DNA from: an uncultured virus (IMG/VR IMGVR_UViG_3300005461_000009) | Taxonomy: Duplodnaviria > Heunggongvirae > Uroviricota > Caudoviricetes | Strand: one strand, 5' to 3' | Virus record (IMG/VR): IMGVR_UViG_3300005461_000009 | Length of the DNA stretch: 64,000 bases | Shown here: in pieces, positions 10,732-20,868 of the stretch | Position numbering within the stretch: the first letter of the stretch is position 1 | How the letters are laid out: the number at the start of each line of letters is the position of its first letter | Made by a program: the position numbers and the translations under genes | The notes under the pieces: generated by a model | Databases searched by the model: none | The model's input: the letters and a program-made list of their open reading frames with translations, nothing else | What the model was told of the DNA's origin: nothing

Positions 10732-12639
10732 TTATAAATCAAAAATAGTATTATTCATAAACTCTTCTTCTTTTTTAAGTTCCTCTATCATTTTTTTACA
10801 TTTACTATAATTAAATTTCATATTATCCGTTCTAATCACAAAATCATAAACCATATTTACAATTATACTAAATATTACATCATCTCTATTCATAAAGTTA
10901 TTAATATCATCATTAAAATCAACTACGCCTTCAATCTTAATATTATCAATTTTATTTCCATTTTGTGTTGTAGGCTCTAATAGTTCTATACATTTATCTT
11001 TAATAATTATATATAATGCAAGACTTCTAGTATTAAACCATATTACTATATTATCCCCTCTGTTATTAAATTCAGTAATACTTTCGATTCTTTCAGATAG
11101 TCCATTGAATTCATGTGATATTTTTGCATAATCAACAATAGCTGACACTTCCTTTGCTAAATATATATCCTCTTTCTTAAATTTATTGAAATAGGAATCT
11201 TCAAACATATTCTCATATAAGTCAATATATTTTTCTAAAAATGGTAATATGGCATATCTTCTAAAACAGATTGTGTCCATATCATAGCAAAAATCTAGCA
11301 CATTATAATACTTAAATGGATTTTTACAATAAATCATTTTGTTAAGATTTCTTTCTAAAAATATTTTGTTATCATAACAAATAAAACAAGCTGCAAAATA
11401 TTCCATAAAAGATTTATGAACCCATTTATACTCGTTCCCATCTTTCTGAATAAATGGAACCGTGTGTGTTATATCATAAAGGAAATCATCAACACTAATT
11501 TTCAACCAGCCAAATCTTTCAATTGACTGTTTTAATAGTTGATGTGCTAATTGGAAAGAATAGTCTACCTTATCAGCTTTTAAAGCTAAAAACCCAAATA
11601 CTCTTAAAATTTGTTCAAACTGAAATCTATCCAGTTTTGTTTTCTTCTCATGAACATATGCCGAACCTTTTGTTTTATCATGATCATTAAACAATGCAGC
11701 ATATACCTGTTCATAAAAATCTATCTTTTTATAGGGAATTTCTTCTTTATATTCAAATGTTTTGTATAATAATGACACCAACAGCGGATTTTTTAAAAAT
11801 TCATCCAAAACTTTCATTGACGAATCTTCTTTTAGCCTTTTGATCAATTTTTTAGAAATATCTCCACCATTGTCATACTTCTTTATTAGCTCATACGCCT
11901 CTTCTTTAGTTAACGGCTTTATATTTACACACTTATATTCTCCTAATGAATTTAAATCATCCTCCTCTCTTGATGTAATTACTATTTTTGTATTGGTTGC
12001 TTTACTTGTGAATTCTTGAATTTCATCTAAAACATATGATTTGTTCTCATTTGCAATTTCATCATAACCATCAAAAAAAATCACAAAATCCCCATTCTTT
12101 AATATATCTACTATTTCTTCTATTCTTATATTTTTATCAAAAGAATTAATTTGTGTTTGTATATATTCTAGTATTGACTGATTTTTCTCCAATTTTCTTA
12201 ATTCAATCACAATAGGAATACACTTATCTAAATTAACTCCTTGACAAGCAAAATATTTTACAATAGTAGATTTCCCCATGCCTGCCATATCAACAATTAG
12301 TATCCTAGAATAATTATCTAAGATATTATAACAATTTTCATCTATAACCCATTTTGCATCCTCATTCCTATATTCTTCTACAGTCAATGGAATATACAAA
12401 TCTTCTAATGTCTTCTGCAATCTCCCAAATACTATTGTTGTCATAATATTATTCTTACCATAACACCTTAATAAGTATTCACTCAAACATTCTTCTAATT
12501 CGACTGATCTTAAATCATCCTTTCCCCAATTTGCAAATATAGGTTTAATTTTTGTTTCAACAAAAGACTTCACAGATTCTTCAGTCAATACAACAACTCC
12601 TGTTTTTGCTAATTCTTTTAAAATAATTGGTATATTCAT
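10732..12639 (-). CDS. NACHT-family (STAND) NTPase, candidate anti-phage effector
   Basis: LYIPL, AGMGKST, PIVIELR, IFFDGYDE, ITSR, NPLL, WVHKSFMEYFAA; visibly more AT-rich than its neighbours. Confidence 0.85.
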   Translation of the reverse strand: MNIPIILKELAKTGVVVLTEESVKSFVETKIKPIFANWGKDDLRSVELEECLSEYLLRCYGKNNIMTTIVFGRLQKTLEDLYIPLTVEEYRNEDAKWVIDENCYNILDNYSRILIVDMAGMGKSTIVKYFACQGVNLDKCIPIVIELRKLEKNQSILEYIQTQINSFDKNIRIEEIVDILKNGDFVIFFDGYDEIANENKSYVLDEIQEFTSKATNTKIVITSREEDDLNSLGEYKCVNIKPLTKEEAYELIKKYDNGGDISKKLIKRLKEDSSMKVLDEFLKNPLLVSLLYKTFEYKEEIPYKKIDFYEQVYAALFNDHDKTKGSAYVHEKKTKLDRFQFEQILRVFGFLALKADKVDYSFQLAHQLLKQSIERFGWLKISVDDFLYDITHTVPFIQKDGNEYKWVHKSFMEYFAACFICYDNKIFLERNLNKMIYCKNPFKYYNVLDFCYDMDTICFRRYAILPFLEKYIDLYENMFEDSYFNKFKKEDIYLAKEVSAIVDYAKISHEFNGLSERIESITEFNNRGDNIVIWFNTRSLALYIIIKDKCIELLEPTTQNGNKIDNIKIEGVVDFNDDINNFMNRDDVIFSIIVNMVYDFVIRTDNMKFNYSKCKKMIEELKKEEEFMNNTIFDL

Positions 12640-12747
12640 AAAATTTTTCTCCTTCCATAGTATATATTACAAAAATCATACCACAGAAGATTATTTCATA
12701 CAATAATTTAACTAGCTCAATAAAATAAGAATTTCAACAGCTTATCA

Positions 12748-12795
12748 TGCCAATATATAGTGTTTGCTTTATCCGCTATACGCTATATATTGTGT
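12748..12795. promoter_or_regulatory. Tandem NrdR-box-like pair
   Basis: CAATATATAGTGT (12751) and ACGCTATATATTGTGT (core 12783); cores 32 bp apart, matching acaCwAtATaTwGtgt. Confidence 0.6.
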
Positions 12796-12800
12796 ACATT

Positions 12801-13448
12801 TCAGTCTCTATGCCACCAGATATGTTGGTCAAAAATTTCTGCCTTTACAAAACCATCTTCATAATAATCATCGCCTTCTTCCTCAGCAAATTCCGAAGGT
12901 GTTGTAAATTTTTCAATACCATCAGGTTCAAGGATCACACATGCTTGTCCATCATCAATCCAATCAGTTATAATTGCTGGTTCGCTTCGCCACCAAACCT
13001 TTCTGCCAATCATTTTCTCTGCATATCCATATTCATTCAAGTCTAATGGATGCTCGTCTAAATGTTTTATTCTCCATTCAGCTTCATCAATGCCTCCTCT
13101 GCAAAAATAGAAGTTTTCTCCATTTCTTGTAATCATAGCACCGCCGCTTGTATAACATTCTGATTCATCCCACTTATTTCTTACATAATTATGTGGTTCA
13201 TATTTAATTCCCCAACATACTCCAAAGTCTTCACACTGAAATTCAATCAGATTTTCATATGTAGGACTCTCATCTCTTGGATACATCCATAAATCATTTT
13301 CTCCTCGTCTACCCCCGATTGTATGAACATACCCCTTAATACTCACAACCTGATATGGTTTCCCATAAAGCATTACATCCCACGGCATTTTTGACATTTT
13401 AAGTTCTGATATGTTTGTATCTTTTTTAATCAATTTTATAATTCCCAA
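12801..13448 (-). CDS. Hypothetical phage protein
   Basis: 215-aa ORF with AAGGAG SD. Confidence 0.7.
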   Translation of the reverse strand: MGIIKLIKKDTNISELKMSKMPWDVMLYGKPYQVVSIKGYVHTIGGRRGENDLWMYPRDESPTYENLIEFQCEDFGVCWGIKYEPHNYVRNKWDESECYTSGGAMITRNGENFYFCRGGIDEAEWRIKHLDEHPLDLNEYGYAEKMIGRKVWWRSEPAIITDWIDDGQACVILEPDGIEKFTTPSEFAEEEGDDYYEDGFVKAEIFDQHIWWHRD

Positions 13449-13481
13449 TTAGCTATTCTCCTTTTCAAAATTCATATATGT

Positions 13482-13814
13482 TTATATCATTTTATAAATA
13501 CCTTCCGCAATCTCTTTCATAACTGAATCAATCTTTTCTTTTGAAAGATTAGACTTCTCCAAAGCATTTAAAATAGTACATGGCAGTTCTGTCCATCTAT
13601 GATAATTTGCATTCTCTAATTCATCACTAAGAATCTCAGCATAATTTTCGGCAGTCCATTCGTCACTTTCTATAAATTTGAAATTCGGATCTTGAATATC
13701 AAATTCTTCCTTTATTTCTTCAATGGATTCATTGTACACATAATAATATTTTCCATCGTTTCCAACTTTCCAATACTTAAACATATATTCCTCCTTCAAT
13801 AAAATTTGGTTCAA
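13482..13814 (-). CDS. Hypothetical protein
   Basis: ORF; likely starts at the internal ATG after AAGGAGG. Confidence 0.65.
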   Translation of the reverse strand: MNQILLKEEYMFKYWKVGNDGKYYYVYNESIEEIKEEFDIQDPNFKFIESDEWTAENYAEILSDELENANYHRWTELPCTILNALEKSNLSKEKIDSVMKEIAEGIYKMI

Positions 13815-14026
13815 TCAATAACTTCTAAGCACTGTACTGGAATTTCACAACACAAATCTACTGTTGCGTACTCTTGTCCATCATCATTTTTCCATAAAGC
13901 GAATATTTCTTGTTCTGTATTTACAAATCTCTCGTGCATACTTTCGCAAGTGCCATTATCAAATGTTAATTTCTTTAATTCGTCTTTCAGATTATCTTTT
14001 ACAATTACCTTATCCCCAACTTTCAA
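13811..14026 (-). CDS. Hypothetical SH3-like small protein (MKVGDKV start)
   Basis: ORF with AGGAG SD. Confidence 0.65.
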   Translation of the reverse strand: MKVGDKVIVKDNLKDELKKLTFDNGTCESMHERFVNTEQEIFALWKNDDGQEYATVDLCCEIPVQCLEVID

Positions 14027-14075
14027 TCTATTTTCTCCTTTTCTTTATATTTTTGCCATGAAAGAACGCATTCAT

Positions 14076-14486
14076 TTACTCTATATCAGTTTCTAAAATA
14101 AAGTGACAAAACTCACCGATATGAGATGACAGTTCCGTTTCTAAGTCATGACCACCAATAGTAAAGTTATCAACATCTATTCCTGTAATTGTATATTCTG
14201 AGTAACCTGTTTGATGATATTCAGATTCTACTTTGCCACCATATAACTTCATATCAAACTGTTCCATTATTTCTTCAAGTGTCCCTTCAAAATCTGAATA
14301 CCATATTCTCAATCTACAATGTGGATGAACTGCACACATTTTACCAAGTCCATAATCCGACCATGTACCATTTAAAAATTTTGCAACTTCTTTCGCAATA
14401 ATATCACCCCAACTTATTCCTTTAACTGGTTGAATTGCTACTCCATCATCACAAACTAGCCAGCCTCTTAAATGTAATTCTGCCAT
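14076..14486 (-). CDS. Hypothetical protein
   Basis: ORF with AAAGGA SD, bracketed by N6 sites at 14059 and 14507. Confidence 0.7.
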   Translation of the reverse strand: MAELHLRGWLVCDDGVAIQPVKGISWGDIIAKEVAKFLNGTWSDYGLGKMCAVHPHCRLRIWYSDFEGTLEEIMEQFDMKLYGGKVESEYHQTGYSEYTITGIDVDNFTIGGHDLETELSSHIGEFCHFILETDIE

Positions 14487-14519
14487 TTTATAATCCTTTC
14501 TTACATTGAAATTTCGGTT

Positions 14520-14909
14520 TTAAGACCTCACATTTAATCCATAGTTACATTCATATTCTTTTTCAAACAGTTTCTTATTTTTATTCATAGCACTTTCAAT
14601 ATGCTCGCTTGGATATAAAGTACCATTTGGTACATCCCTATATGTATAAACCTTATCAAAATCATTTGGATCTATAGAATAGTCGGTTTCTTTGCCGATA
14701 ACATTTTTCAAATAATCAGCATAACCATTATAAATCATGCTTCTTCCAAAACATCTTGGAGTATAAATCACATCTCCCTGGATAACATGCTTAACAAATT
14801 CTTTCTGATAATCCATCAATTTAATATCATACATTTTTTCTATATGATTGATTACTTCACTTGTTTTTAACATTTTTTCTCTTCCTTTTTTGCTCTTTAT
14901 ACAAAACAT
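14520..14909 (-). CDS. Hypothetical protein
   Basis: ORF; its stop codon forms an arm of the 14507 site. Confidence 0.6.
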   Translation of the reverse strand: MFCIKSKKGREKMLKTSEVINHIEKMYDIKLMDYQKEFVKHVIQGDVIYTPRCFGRSMIYNGYADYLKNVIGKETDYSIDPNDFDKVYTYRDVPNGTLYPSEHIESAMNKNKKLFEKEYECNYGLNVRS

Positions 14910-15013
14910 TCAATCTTTGTTCTAACTGTTTTCGTTCCATAGGGTTTTTGCAATACTTTATTCTCTTTTTAAGATTTGAAATGCTCTCTGTGTCAATTAT
15001 TTCTGTATCAATT

Positions 15014-15262
15014 TCAGAAAACATTTTTATTCAATTCTTCTAACGTTAGAGCGGATCTACAGTTCAATATTTCCTCATTTAAGCCCAAAACCTTCATCTG
15101 TTCCATTTTTATATATTCTTCTTCAGCCTTTATAATTTCTTTTGCTAAATTATTTATTGACTTTCCCATCCCGCAAATAGCAACAGTAGGTATTTTCTCT
15201 GCTATCATCTTCATTGGTTTAAATGCCTTGTTTATATTTTCTTCTATAATATCACCCCTCAA
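15014..15262 (-). CDS. Hypothetical protein
   Basis: ORF in the minus-strand gene array. Confidence 0.45.
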   Translation of the reverse strand: MRGDIIEENINKAFKPMKMIAEKIPTVAICGMGKSINNLAKEIIKAEEEYIKMEQMKVLGLNEEILNCRSALTLEELNKNVF

Positions 15263-15279
15263 ACCTTGAAATCGTGCTT

Positions 15280-15459
15280 TTAATACTTCTCTACAGGTCT
15301 ACCATTCTTTTCTTCTTTAAGTTTATCAATAAGATTATCTGTCATCGCCACTACACCATCGATCTAGTGTCCATATGTTTTACTTTCATCTTCTAATCCC
15401 CATTCTGTAGATTCTTTAATTGTTTCAAATGCTGTTTCATATATCTGATTCTTATCCAT
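15280..15459 (-). pseudogene. Small gene interrupted by an in-frame TAG
   Basis: AGGAG SD, MDKNQIYETAFETIKESTEWGLEDESKTYGH*IDGVVAMTDNLIDKLKEE...; TAG at 15364-15366; final TAA in the 15267 site. Confidence 0.55.
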
Positions 15460-15478
15460 ACTACTTCTTCTCCTTTTT

Positions 15479-16225
15479 CTATAATTTCTCATATGTTAGA
15501 TTCGGACTCTTTACTACCTTATAAACTATTTCTACATTTCTCATGTAATCAGATAATTCTTTTTCATTTGTGATTTCAACATCATCACACTCGTCTTCGT
15601 CCATACAACACAAATAGATTTCATAAAATCCATCTTTTTCTAACTGATCCAACTCATCTAATTGCTCACTCGTGATTTTCTTCTGTTTTTCAAGTTCAAT
15701 AAGTTCCCAAAATATTTTGTACTTTTCTAAATCACTTTCGGAAATTATATCGCATGAACTTCCACAACTTTTACATCTGAAATTATATTTCTTTTCAACA
15801 ATATCAATACTTTTTAACAATTCCAAGTCTTCAATAGATAATGGATATGTCATTTTTTTGATATTATTTTCATTCATATAATTTCTAACATTCCATCGTG
15901 CAGCTTTGTCTAATCTAATCTTCTCTGAATCAAAAATATCTAATGAATCAATTTCTGGATAATATGTAGGTTTTAATAATTCTGGATATTTTTTCAATCT
16001 TTTCTTCTCAACGATCGTAGATAATTGATTCAGTAAATTTTTATCATCAATGTAATATTGAATATGCTTATATAAGTTTCTACATTCCTCATATGTATGG
16101 TCATTTAGTTCAGATATATCTATACTATTCGCCTGTGAATTTAGCTTATTAGTAATAACTTTTAACTCTTTTTCTATTTTTGCTTTTAATTCAATTGTTG
16201 AAAATAAATCTTTAATCTTACTAAT
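15479..16225 (-). CDS. Hypothetical protein with CxxC Zn motif; probable ATT start
   Basis: Frame stays open 76 codons upstream of the track start, up to an ATT 7 nt after GAGGTG. Confidence 0.65.
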   Translation of the reverse strand: MSKIKDLFSTIELKAKIEKELKVITNKLNSQANSIDISELNDHTYEECRNLYKHIQYYIDDKNLLNQLSTIVEKKRLKKYPELLKPTYYPEIDSLDIFDSEKIRLDKAARWNVRNYMNENNIKKMTYPLSIEDLELLKSIDIVEKKYNFRCKSCGSSCDIISESDLEKYKIFWELIELEKQKKITSEQLDELDQLEKDGFYEIYLCCMDEDECDDVEITNEKELSDYMRNVEIVYKVVKSPNLTYEKL

Positions 16226-16240
16226 TATTTATCACCTCTC

Positions 16241-16555
16241 TTACCCAATAGTAAATCCACAAAATCCTTTTATAAAATCAGGCTCCTTAATCTGGAAATA
16301 TCTATCTTTTTCATGATTATATTCAAACCACCATCTCTTGCTTGCCGGATTATATAAACCTTCTTTACATTCTTCAATAAGTGCATACTTATAACAAGTT
16401 TCATTTATATCACAACAATTTCCAGATACAGATGAATAAGCGTCTTCAAATTCAAAATACCAGCCAACAAGATTTTCAGAACCAAACTTAGGAAATTTCG
16501 TTTGTTCATCATAAGTCAAATCTGTCATTACCATTACTGTATATATTGTGTTCAA
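16241..16555 (-). CDS. Hypothetical phage protein
   Basis: ORF with GGAGGTG SD. Confidence 0.7.
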   Translation of the reverse strand: MNTIYTVMVMTDLTYDEQTKFPKFGSENLVGWYFEFEDAYSSVSGNCCDINETCYKYALIEECKEGLYNPASKRWWFEYNHEKDRYFQIKEPDFIKGFCGFTIG

Positions 16556-16759
16556 GTTATTGCATCACCTCCCGCCACTTGAAACCAAGATTTCAATAGT
16601 AATAAAACCATTTCTTTAAACTATTTTCATAACATGCATCACACGGTTTACCAAAACTTTTACAATAACCAGTTTCTTTATCATAATCACTACATGGTTC
16701 TGGGTCTTTGCCATTAGAAGATTCTACTAATAAGTCATTTCTATCCATATCAAAATATC

Positions 16760-17182
16760 TTACATCCCTGTATTTTGATGACTCTCAATAGATGTACCAA
16801 ACCAACGAACCATTCTTAAAGGAATGTGACGGTTATTTCCATCTTCAAGTCTCATCCAGAGTAAATCTGATCCAAAACGTATCTCTGTTGCTCTGAAATC
16901 TTCTTTATATCCATCCCACCATCTCACTGCTACAGTATTTATTTTCTTATTTTCTTCCATTTGTTCTTCCTTATCCTCTCTGTCTTTTACATACATTGTT
17001 TCGCAAGTGCTTGTTAGCATTGAAGCAAGTGCCATTCCGTGAGCAACCGCACTCTTACATTCTGGTTTCCCAACAAAAACAGTGTTGCTAATCGTTTTAT
17101 CTAATTCATCAGAAGATTTATAATCTAATATCTTTTGCTGAAATTCTTCTACATTAATAACTCTTGTATAGTTATTATCCAT
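16760..17182 (-). CDS. Hypothetical protein
   Basis: ORF with AAGGAG SD. Confidence 0.7.
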   Translation of the reverse strand: MDNNYTRVINVEEFQQKILDYKSSDELDKTISNTVFVGKPECKSAVAHGMALASMLTSTCETMYVKDREDKEEQMEENKKINTVAVRWWDGYKEDFRATEIRFGSDLLWMRLEDGNNRHIPLRMVRWFGTSIESHQNTGM

Positions 17183-17213
17183 AATTTCTCCTTAAAATTA
17201 ACCTTTTATTGCC

Positions 17214-18044
17214 TCATTCATCTTTAAATTCTGTATCGTCTGTAACTGTTGCATTATCTACAATTTGAACATAAGTGTTTTCATCAGGAGTAATTATAAC
17301 AGTTTCTCTAGACAGTCCCCAAAATGTAAGTTGGTTTCCCTCTGCTTTTATTACACTTCCGTCCCATTCCAGTATCTTTGTGCTAAGTTTTACCTTTCCA
17401 GGAAGCAATGTAACCACCTTTGCCATTTTATCTCTATAATCTATATCCTCAATTCTATCTTCTATCTCTGGATATATCGTTTTTACTTTTTCATACATAT
17501 CTGACATATATCGTTTAAGCTGGTTACAGAATTTAGGGACTTCTTTCTTCTGATAGGAAGTAATCTCGCCACCCATTAATGCCTCTGGTCTATATTTTAT
17601 AAGTTCTACAATAAACTCAGGTGTAAAATCTTCCTTTTTAATAATATCTCCGTCACCTTTAAAGAAGTTTTTATCTCTAATTGAATTTGAATAATTAATC
17701 AAATGTGGTAATGGAAGAAACACATAGTCACCAATGTAACACAAAAATTTTAAATCTCCTTTGGAATGTGCAACATCTCCATACTCTTCTTTTCTCTTTC
17801 GTATTAAATCACCACATCTTCTTGCAGCTTTTGTATATCCTTCTTCTCTTCTCATTTGTCCATAAGGACAAGAATGCGAATATAATCCATTTAACATTAC
17901 ACACTTGTTTCTCTTACAAGCATCACAATTTTCTGAATTATTGCAAGTATAAACTGTAATCCTTTCTTTGTCACTTCTACCAGACTTAAACAAACTGCTT
18001 CGTGGATCATAATATGTAAAATTTATTGGAATATAATTATTTAT
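17214..18044 (-). CDS. Hypothetical Cys-rich phage protein; probable ATA start
   Basis: Open frame extends to an ATA 7 nt after GAGGTG. Confidence 0.7.
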   Translation of the reverse strand: MNNYIPINFTYYDPRSSLFKSGRSDKERITVYTCNNSENCDACKRNKCVMLNGLYSHSCPYGQMRREEGYTKAARRCGDLIRKRKEEYGDVAHSKGDLKFLCYIGDYVFLPLPHLINYSNSIRDKNFFKGDGDIIKKEDFTPEFIVELIKYRPEALMGGEITSYQKKEVPKFCNQLKRYMSDMYEKVKTIYPEIEDRIEDIDYRDKMAKVVTLLPGKVKLSTKILEWDGSVIKAEGNQLTFWGLSRETVIITPDENTYVQIVDNATVTDDTEFKDE

Positions 18045-18217
18045 AGTTTGTCACCTCTATTCTTTATCTCAATTCAAAAATTTTATTACTTTCTTTTTCT
18101 CACATCTTCTTTTTCTCCATTTTAATCAATTTTTATTTCATATAGATTTCCATGCATTTTTGTGATATAATTCTATAAACACTGAGAATCCAATTAAGAA
18201 TTAAGGAGAGAACACAT

Positions 18218-18706
18218 ATGGATGCATATTTAACTGCAATAAAGGATATTCTCGTTATTATTTCTCCAATAATTGTGGCATACATAAGTTACAGAAGTAA
18301 CAAAAAATCCAAAAATGATATACGTTTAGAAATTGAAAAAAGTCTAAAAGAAAAGGATGCTGATACTTCTCAAATATTAGCAAAAATTAACGCTGAATTA
18401 GAAAGTCAAAAACAAATAATTAGTTGGAACAATTCTCTACCAAAATCAGATGAATATGTCAATCAAATTGATATCCTTCGTTATGGTAATATTGCTGGTC
18501 TCACTGATTTAACAAATAAGGTGTCTTGCTATATTGATCGAAATAATTTACAATTGCAAGAACTATCAGACATCCATGATATGCTTTTAAAAATAAAATT
18601 ACCATTAAATGAGGACGAATTATATCCTTATGAAATTCCAATCATAATTGATTTTCGCAGGCTACTTCATACTATTGAGGGAAAAATAGATACCTTAAAC
18701 AGCTAA
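18218..18706 (+). CDS. Moron-like membrane-anchored protein (N-terminal TM plus coiled coil), opposite strand
   Basis: AAGGAG SD, upstream TATAAT, hydrophobic ILVIISPIIVAYI, own downstream hairpin. Confidence 0.75.
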   Translation: MDAYLTAIKDILVIISPIIVAYISYRSNKKSKNDIRLEIEKSLKEKDADTSQILAKINAELESQKQIISWNNSLPKSDEYVNQIDILRYGNIAGLTDLTNKVSCYIDRNNLQLQELSDIHDMLLKIKLPLNEDELYPYEIPIIIDFRRLLHTIEGKIDTLNS

Positions 18707-18724
18707 TATAAACAAACTTTTTCT

Positions 18725-18759
18725 GGCAGATATTATAAATCAAAATTATGGTATCTGCC
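18725..18759. terminator. Hairpin between convergent genes
   Basis: GGCAGATA-TTATAA...TTATGG-TATCTGCC. Confidence 0.5.
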
Positions 18760-18890
18760 TTGAAACTCTGGTTCTATTGCCTTTTAAAAGACATTCTACA
18801 TAGGCATATGCGTATGTAACGGGCTAGAAAACCGCCTATCCGATATCCAAATTGGAATTTCGGAATACATTTTATATTCCGTGTGGAATA

Positions 18891-19202
18891 TTACTTTTTA
18901 ATATTCTTCAATCTTTTATGACTAAGAATATTCAACATATCTTCAGCACCTTGCAAATATGCCGATTCATTATCACAATTTTCGTATGGCTCATGTTTGT
19001 CAAACAATTCATCAACATATTCTTTTTCATCTTTAACATCTGTAGAAAGATGCCTAATTTTTTTCATACATGAATTACAGATGTCTAATTTGTTGAATAA
19101 CCTATTCCAGATCCTATAACCATTAACAAAACCATAAACTCTTATATCTTTCTTTAAAATATCACCACAAATATCACATTTTCTGTAATTTACTTTTGAC
19201 AT
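18891..19202 (-). CDS. Hypothetical Zn-finger protein
   Basis: CDICG...ICNSC; GGAGTG SD. Confidence 0.65.
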   Translation of the reverse strand: MSKVNYRKCDICGDILKKDIRVYGFVNGYRIWNRLFNKLDICNSCMKKIRHLSTDVKDEKEYVDELFDKHEPYENCDNESAYLQGAEDMLNILSHKRLKNIKK

Positions 19203-19215
19203 AATTCACTCCATC

Positions 19216-20391
19216 TTAACTGTTCCTATTTGAATAATTCCACTTCATATGAAAATACTTCTCTGCAATCTCTGGATATTTGCGTGTGAATTCTTCGTAA
19301 TATCTCCATGACGAACCTTTCTTATTGCCATCTGCTAAGTATAAATCAAAATCCATTTTATATTTTTTGTAGTTTTCATTACTCATACCTCTCGCCATAC
19401 TGTACTCAGCAAAACTCATCTTACGAAATAGACTTGGCTGATTACACCAACTCGCAACATTGATATAAATCCCTTTATATGGACTCAGAACATAATCTTT
19501 GAATCTCATTACATAAGGCAAGCACCCATAAGTCATTAGAATTTTGATTCGCTCAAACAGATCTTCTATATCCTTAACCCAAAACTCCTCATCATAAACA
19601 CCTATGTTATCATGATTGTACGCACAAAATGTATAGAATTTAATCTGATCATTAGTGTGTCTCCTTATCATCTGTAACTTTCTTTCTATTACTTCTCTAT
19701 CTTTAATATTGTCAAATGCAAATATCCTGTCCCCTATCCACTTTGATCTCTCAAACAGAACCTCACATTTTTCATCTGTAAGAAGTCTCTCGTCACAACC
19801 TTGTTTGAACTGAAATTTCTTACCTGTCGCAATAAGTTCTTCAAATATATTTCTCCAGTCCTTGCAAGCCAGTACATTGTCATCCAACAAACAGATATAT
19901 GGTCTGCTCTCATCCAGAAACTCAGATAAATGACTGTGAACTTCACATGATTTATAATTCTTATTCACACAGAAACTACATTGTCTGATGCATCCACGAC
20001 TCATAAAGCCAATTGAATAATCAAGATAATATGTAAAATCCTTTCTCTTACCACCTTCGTTTAATCTGTCATTCACCCACTCATCATACAAATTATAATC
20101 CGGCATATGATGTTCTACTTCATTAGGAAGTTTCGGAGCTTTGTCATAAAAGAATCCTGTATCGCCATATTCTACATTTGAAAGTTTCAAAATCTCTTCA
20201 TCTATTGGTGTGTCAGTAAACACTTTGGAAATGAATACTTTATCACATGCTGCTAATTCTTCATAATCCATTTTCAATTCAACTTCAGCACCAAGTTCTT
20301 TATAATAACCTGATAGTTTCATACAAACTAGATTAGGAAACCTGTGCTTGTCCCTACCTATCAGATCCGCATCTATAATTGCTATTTTCAA
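19216..20391 (-). CDS. Radical SAM protein with N-terminal B12-binding-like domain (phage type)
   Basis: FPNLVCMKLS N-terminus; SRGCIRQCSFC (CxxxCxxC); LLDDN. Confidence 0.8.
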   Translation of the reverse strand: MKIAIIDADLIGRDKHRFPNLVCMKLSGYYKELGAEVELKMDYEELAACDKVFISKVFTDTPIDEEILKLSNVEYGDTGFFYDKAPKLPNEVEHHMPDYNLYDEWVNDRLNEGGKRKDFTYYLDYSIGFMSRGCIRQCSFCVNKNYKSCEVHSHLSEFLDESRPYICLLDDNVLACKDWRNIFEELIATGKKFQFKQGCDERLLTDEKCEVLFERSKWIGDRIFAFDNIKDREVIERKLQMIRRHTNDQIKFYTFCAYNHDNIGVYDEEFWVKDIEDLFERIKILMTYGCLPYVMRFKDYVLSPYKGIYINVASWCNQPSLFRKMSFAEYSMARGMSNENYKKYKMDFDLYLADGNKKGSSWRYYEEFTRKYPEIAEKYFHMKWNYSNRNS

Positions 20392-20446
20392 TATTATTTA
20401 GGAGTAAAGCGCACTTTTCTGTCATGACAAACCTCTTTGCCTCCCA
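20392..20446 (-). promoter_or_regulatory. Palindrome-bearing leader element (type A)
   Basis: GGAGG..GAGGTT-TGTCATGACA-..AAAGTGCGCTTT-ACTCCTAAATAA; shares blocks with 24504-24557. Confidence 0.6.
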
Positions 20447-20467
20447 TGTTTTTTTATTCTTTGTTCT

Positions 20468-20827
20468 TTATTGATACTTCCCTTTTTTATTCAAAACTTC
20501 CTCAAGTCTTCTCATTTTAATATTCATTGCTTTATGTAAGTCGTCATTGTTGACACCACAAACTTCTTGAACATAATAAATACTAAGCTGCACATCAGCC
20601 AATTCTTCAAGAATATTATATTGATCGCCTTTCCCTCTAAGTTCTTTTGAAATTTCTTTACTTAACTCAGCGAGTTCTTCCATGACAATAATTAAGTTTC
20701 TATGCCCTCTTGGATTACCATCATGTAAATTGGAATCTACAGACTGTTTCATTACACTCATAATCCATTGCTTGTCTATATTTTTCTCAGTTATAGGTAG
20801 CTGAGAAATAAATTTTTCTCTATCCAA
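20468..20827 (-). CDS. MazG-like nucleotide pyrophosphohydrolase
   Basis: MEELAEL...EELADV acidic motifs; TTG start after GGAGG. Confidence 0.75.
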   Translation of the reverse strand: MDREKFISQLPITEKNIDKQWIMSVMKQSVDSNLHDGNPRGHRNLIIVMEELAELSKEISKELRGKGDQYNILEELADVQLSIYYVQEVCGVNNDDLHKAMNIKMRRLEEVLNKKGKYQ

Positions 20828-20868
20828 TATTTCCTCCTTCCTCATCCAATAAAAGCAAAATTTCAAGA

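Noticed and set aside
15364..15366. In-frame TAG as evidence of stop-codon reassignment
   Set aside because: Single case; TAG ends other genes normally (e.g. recJ, primase), so a nonsense mutation is more likely
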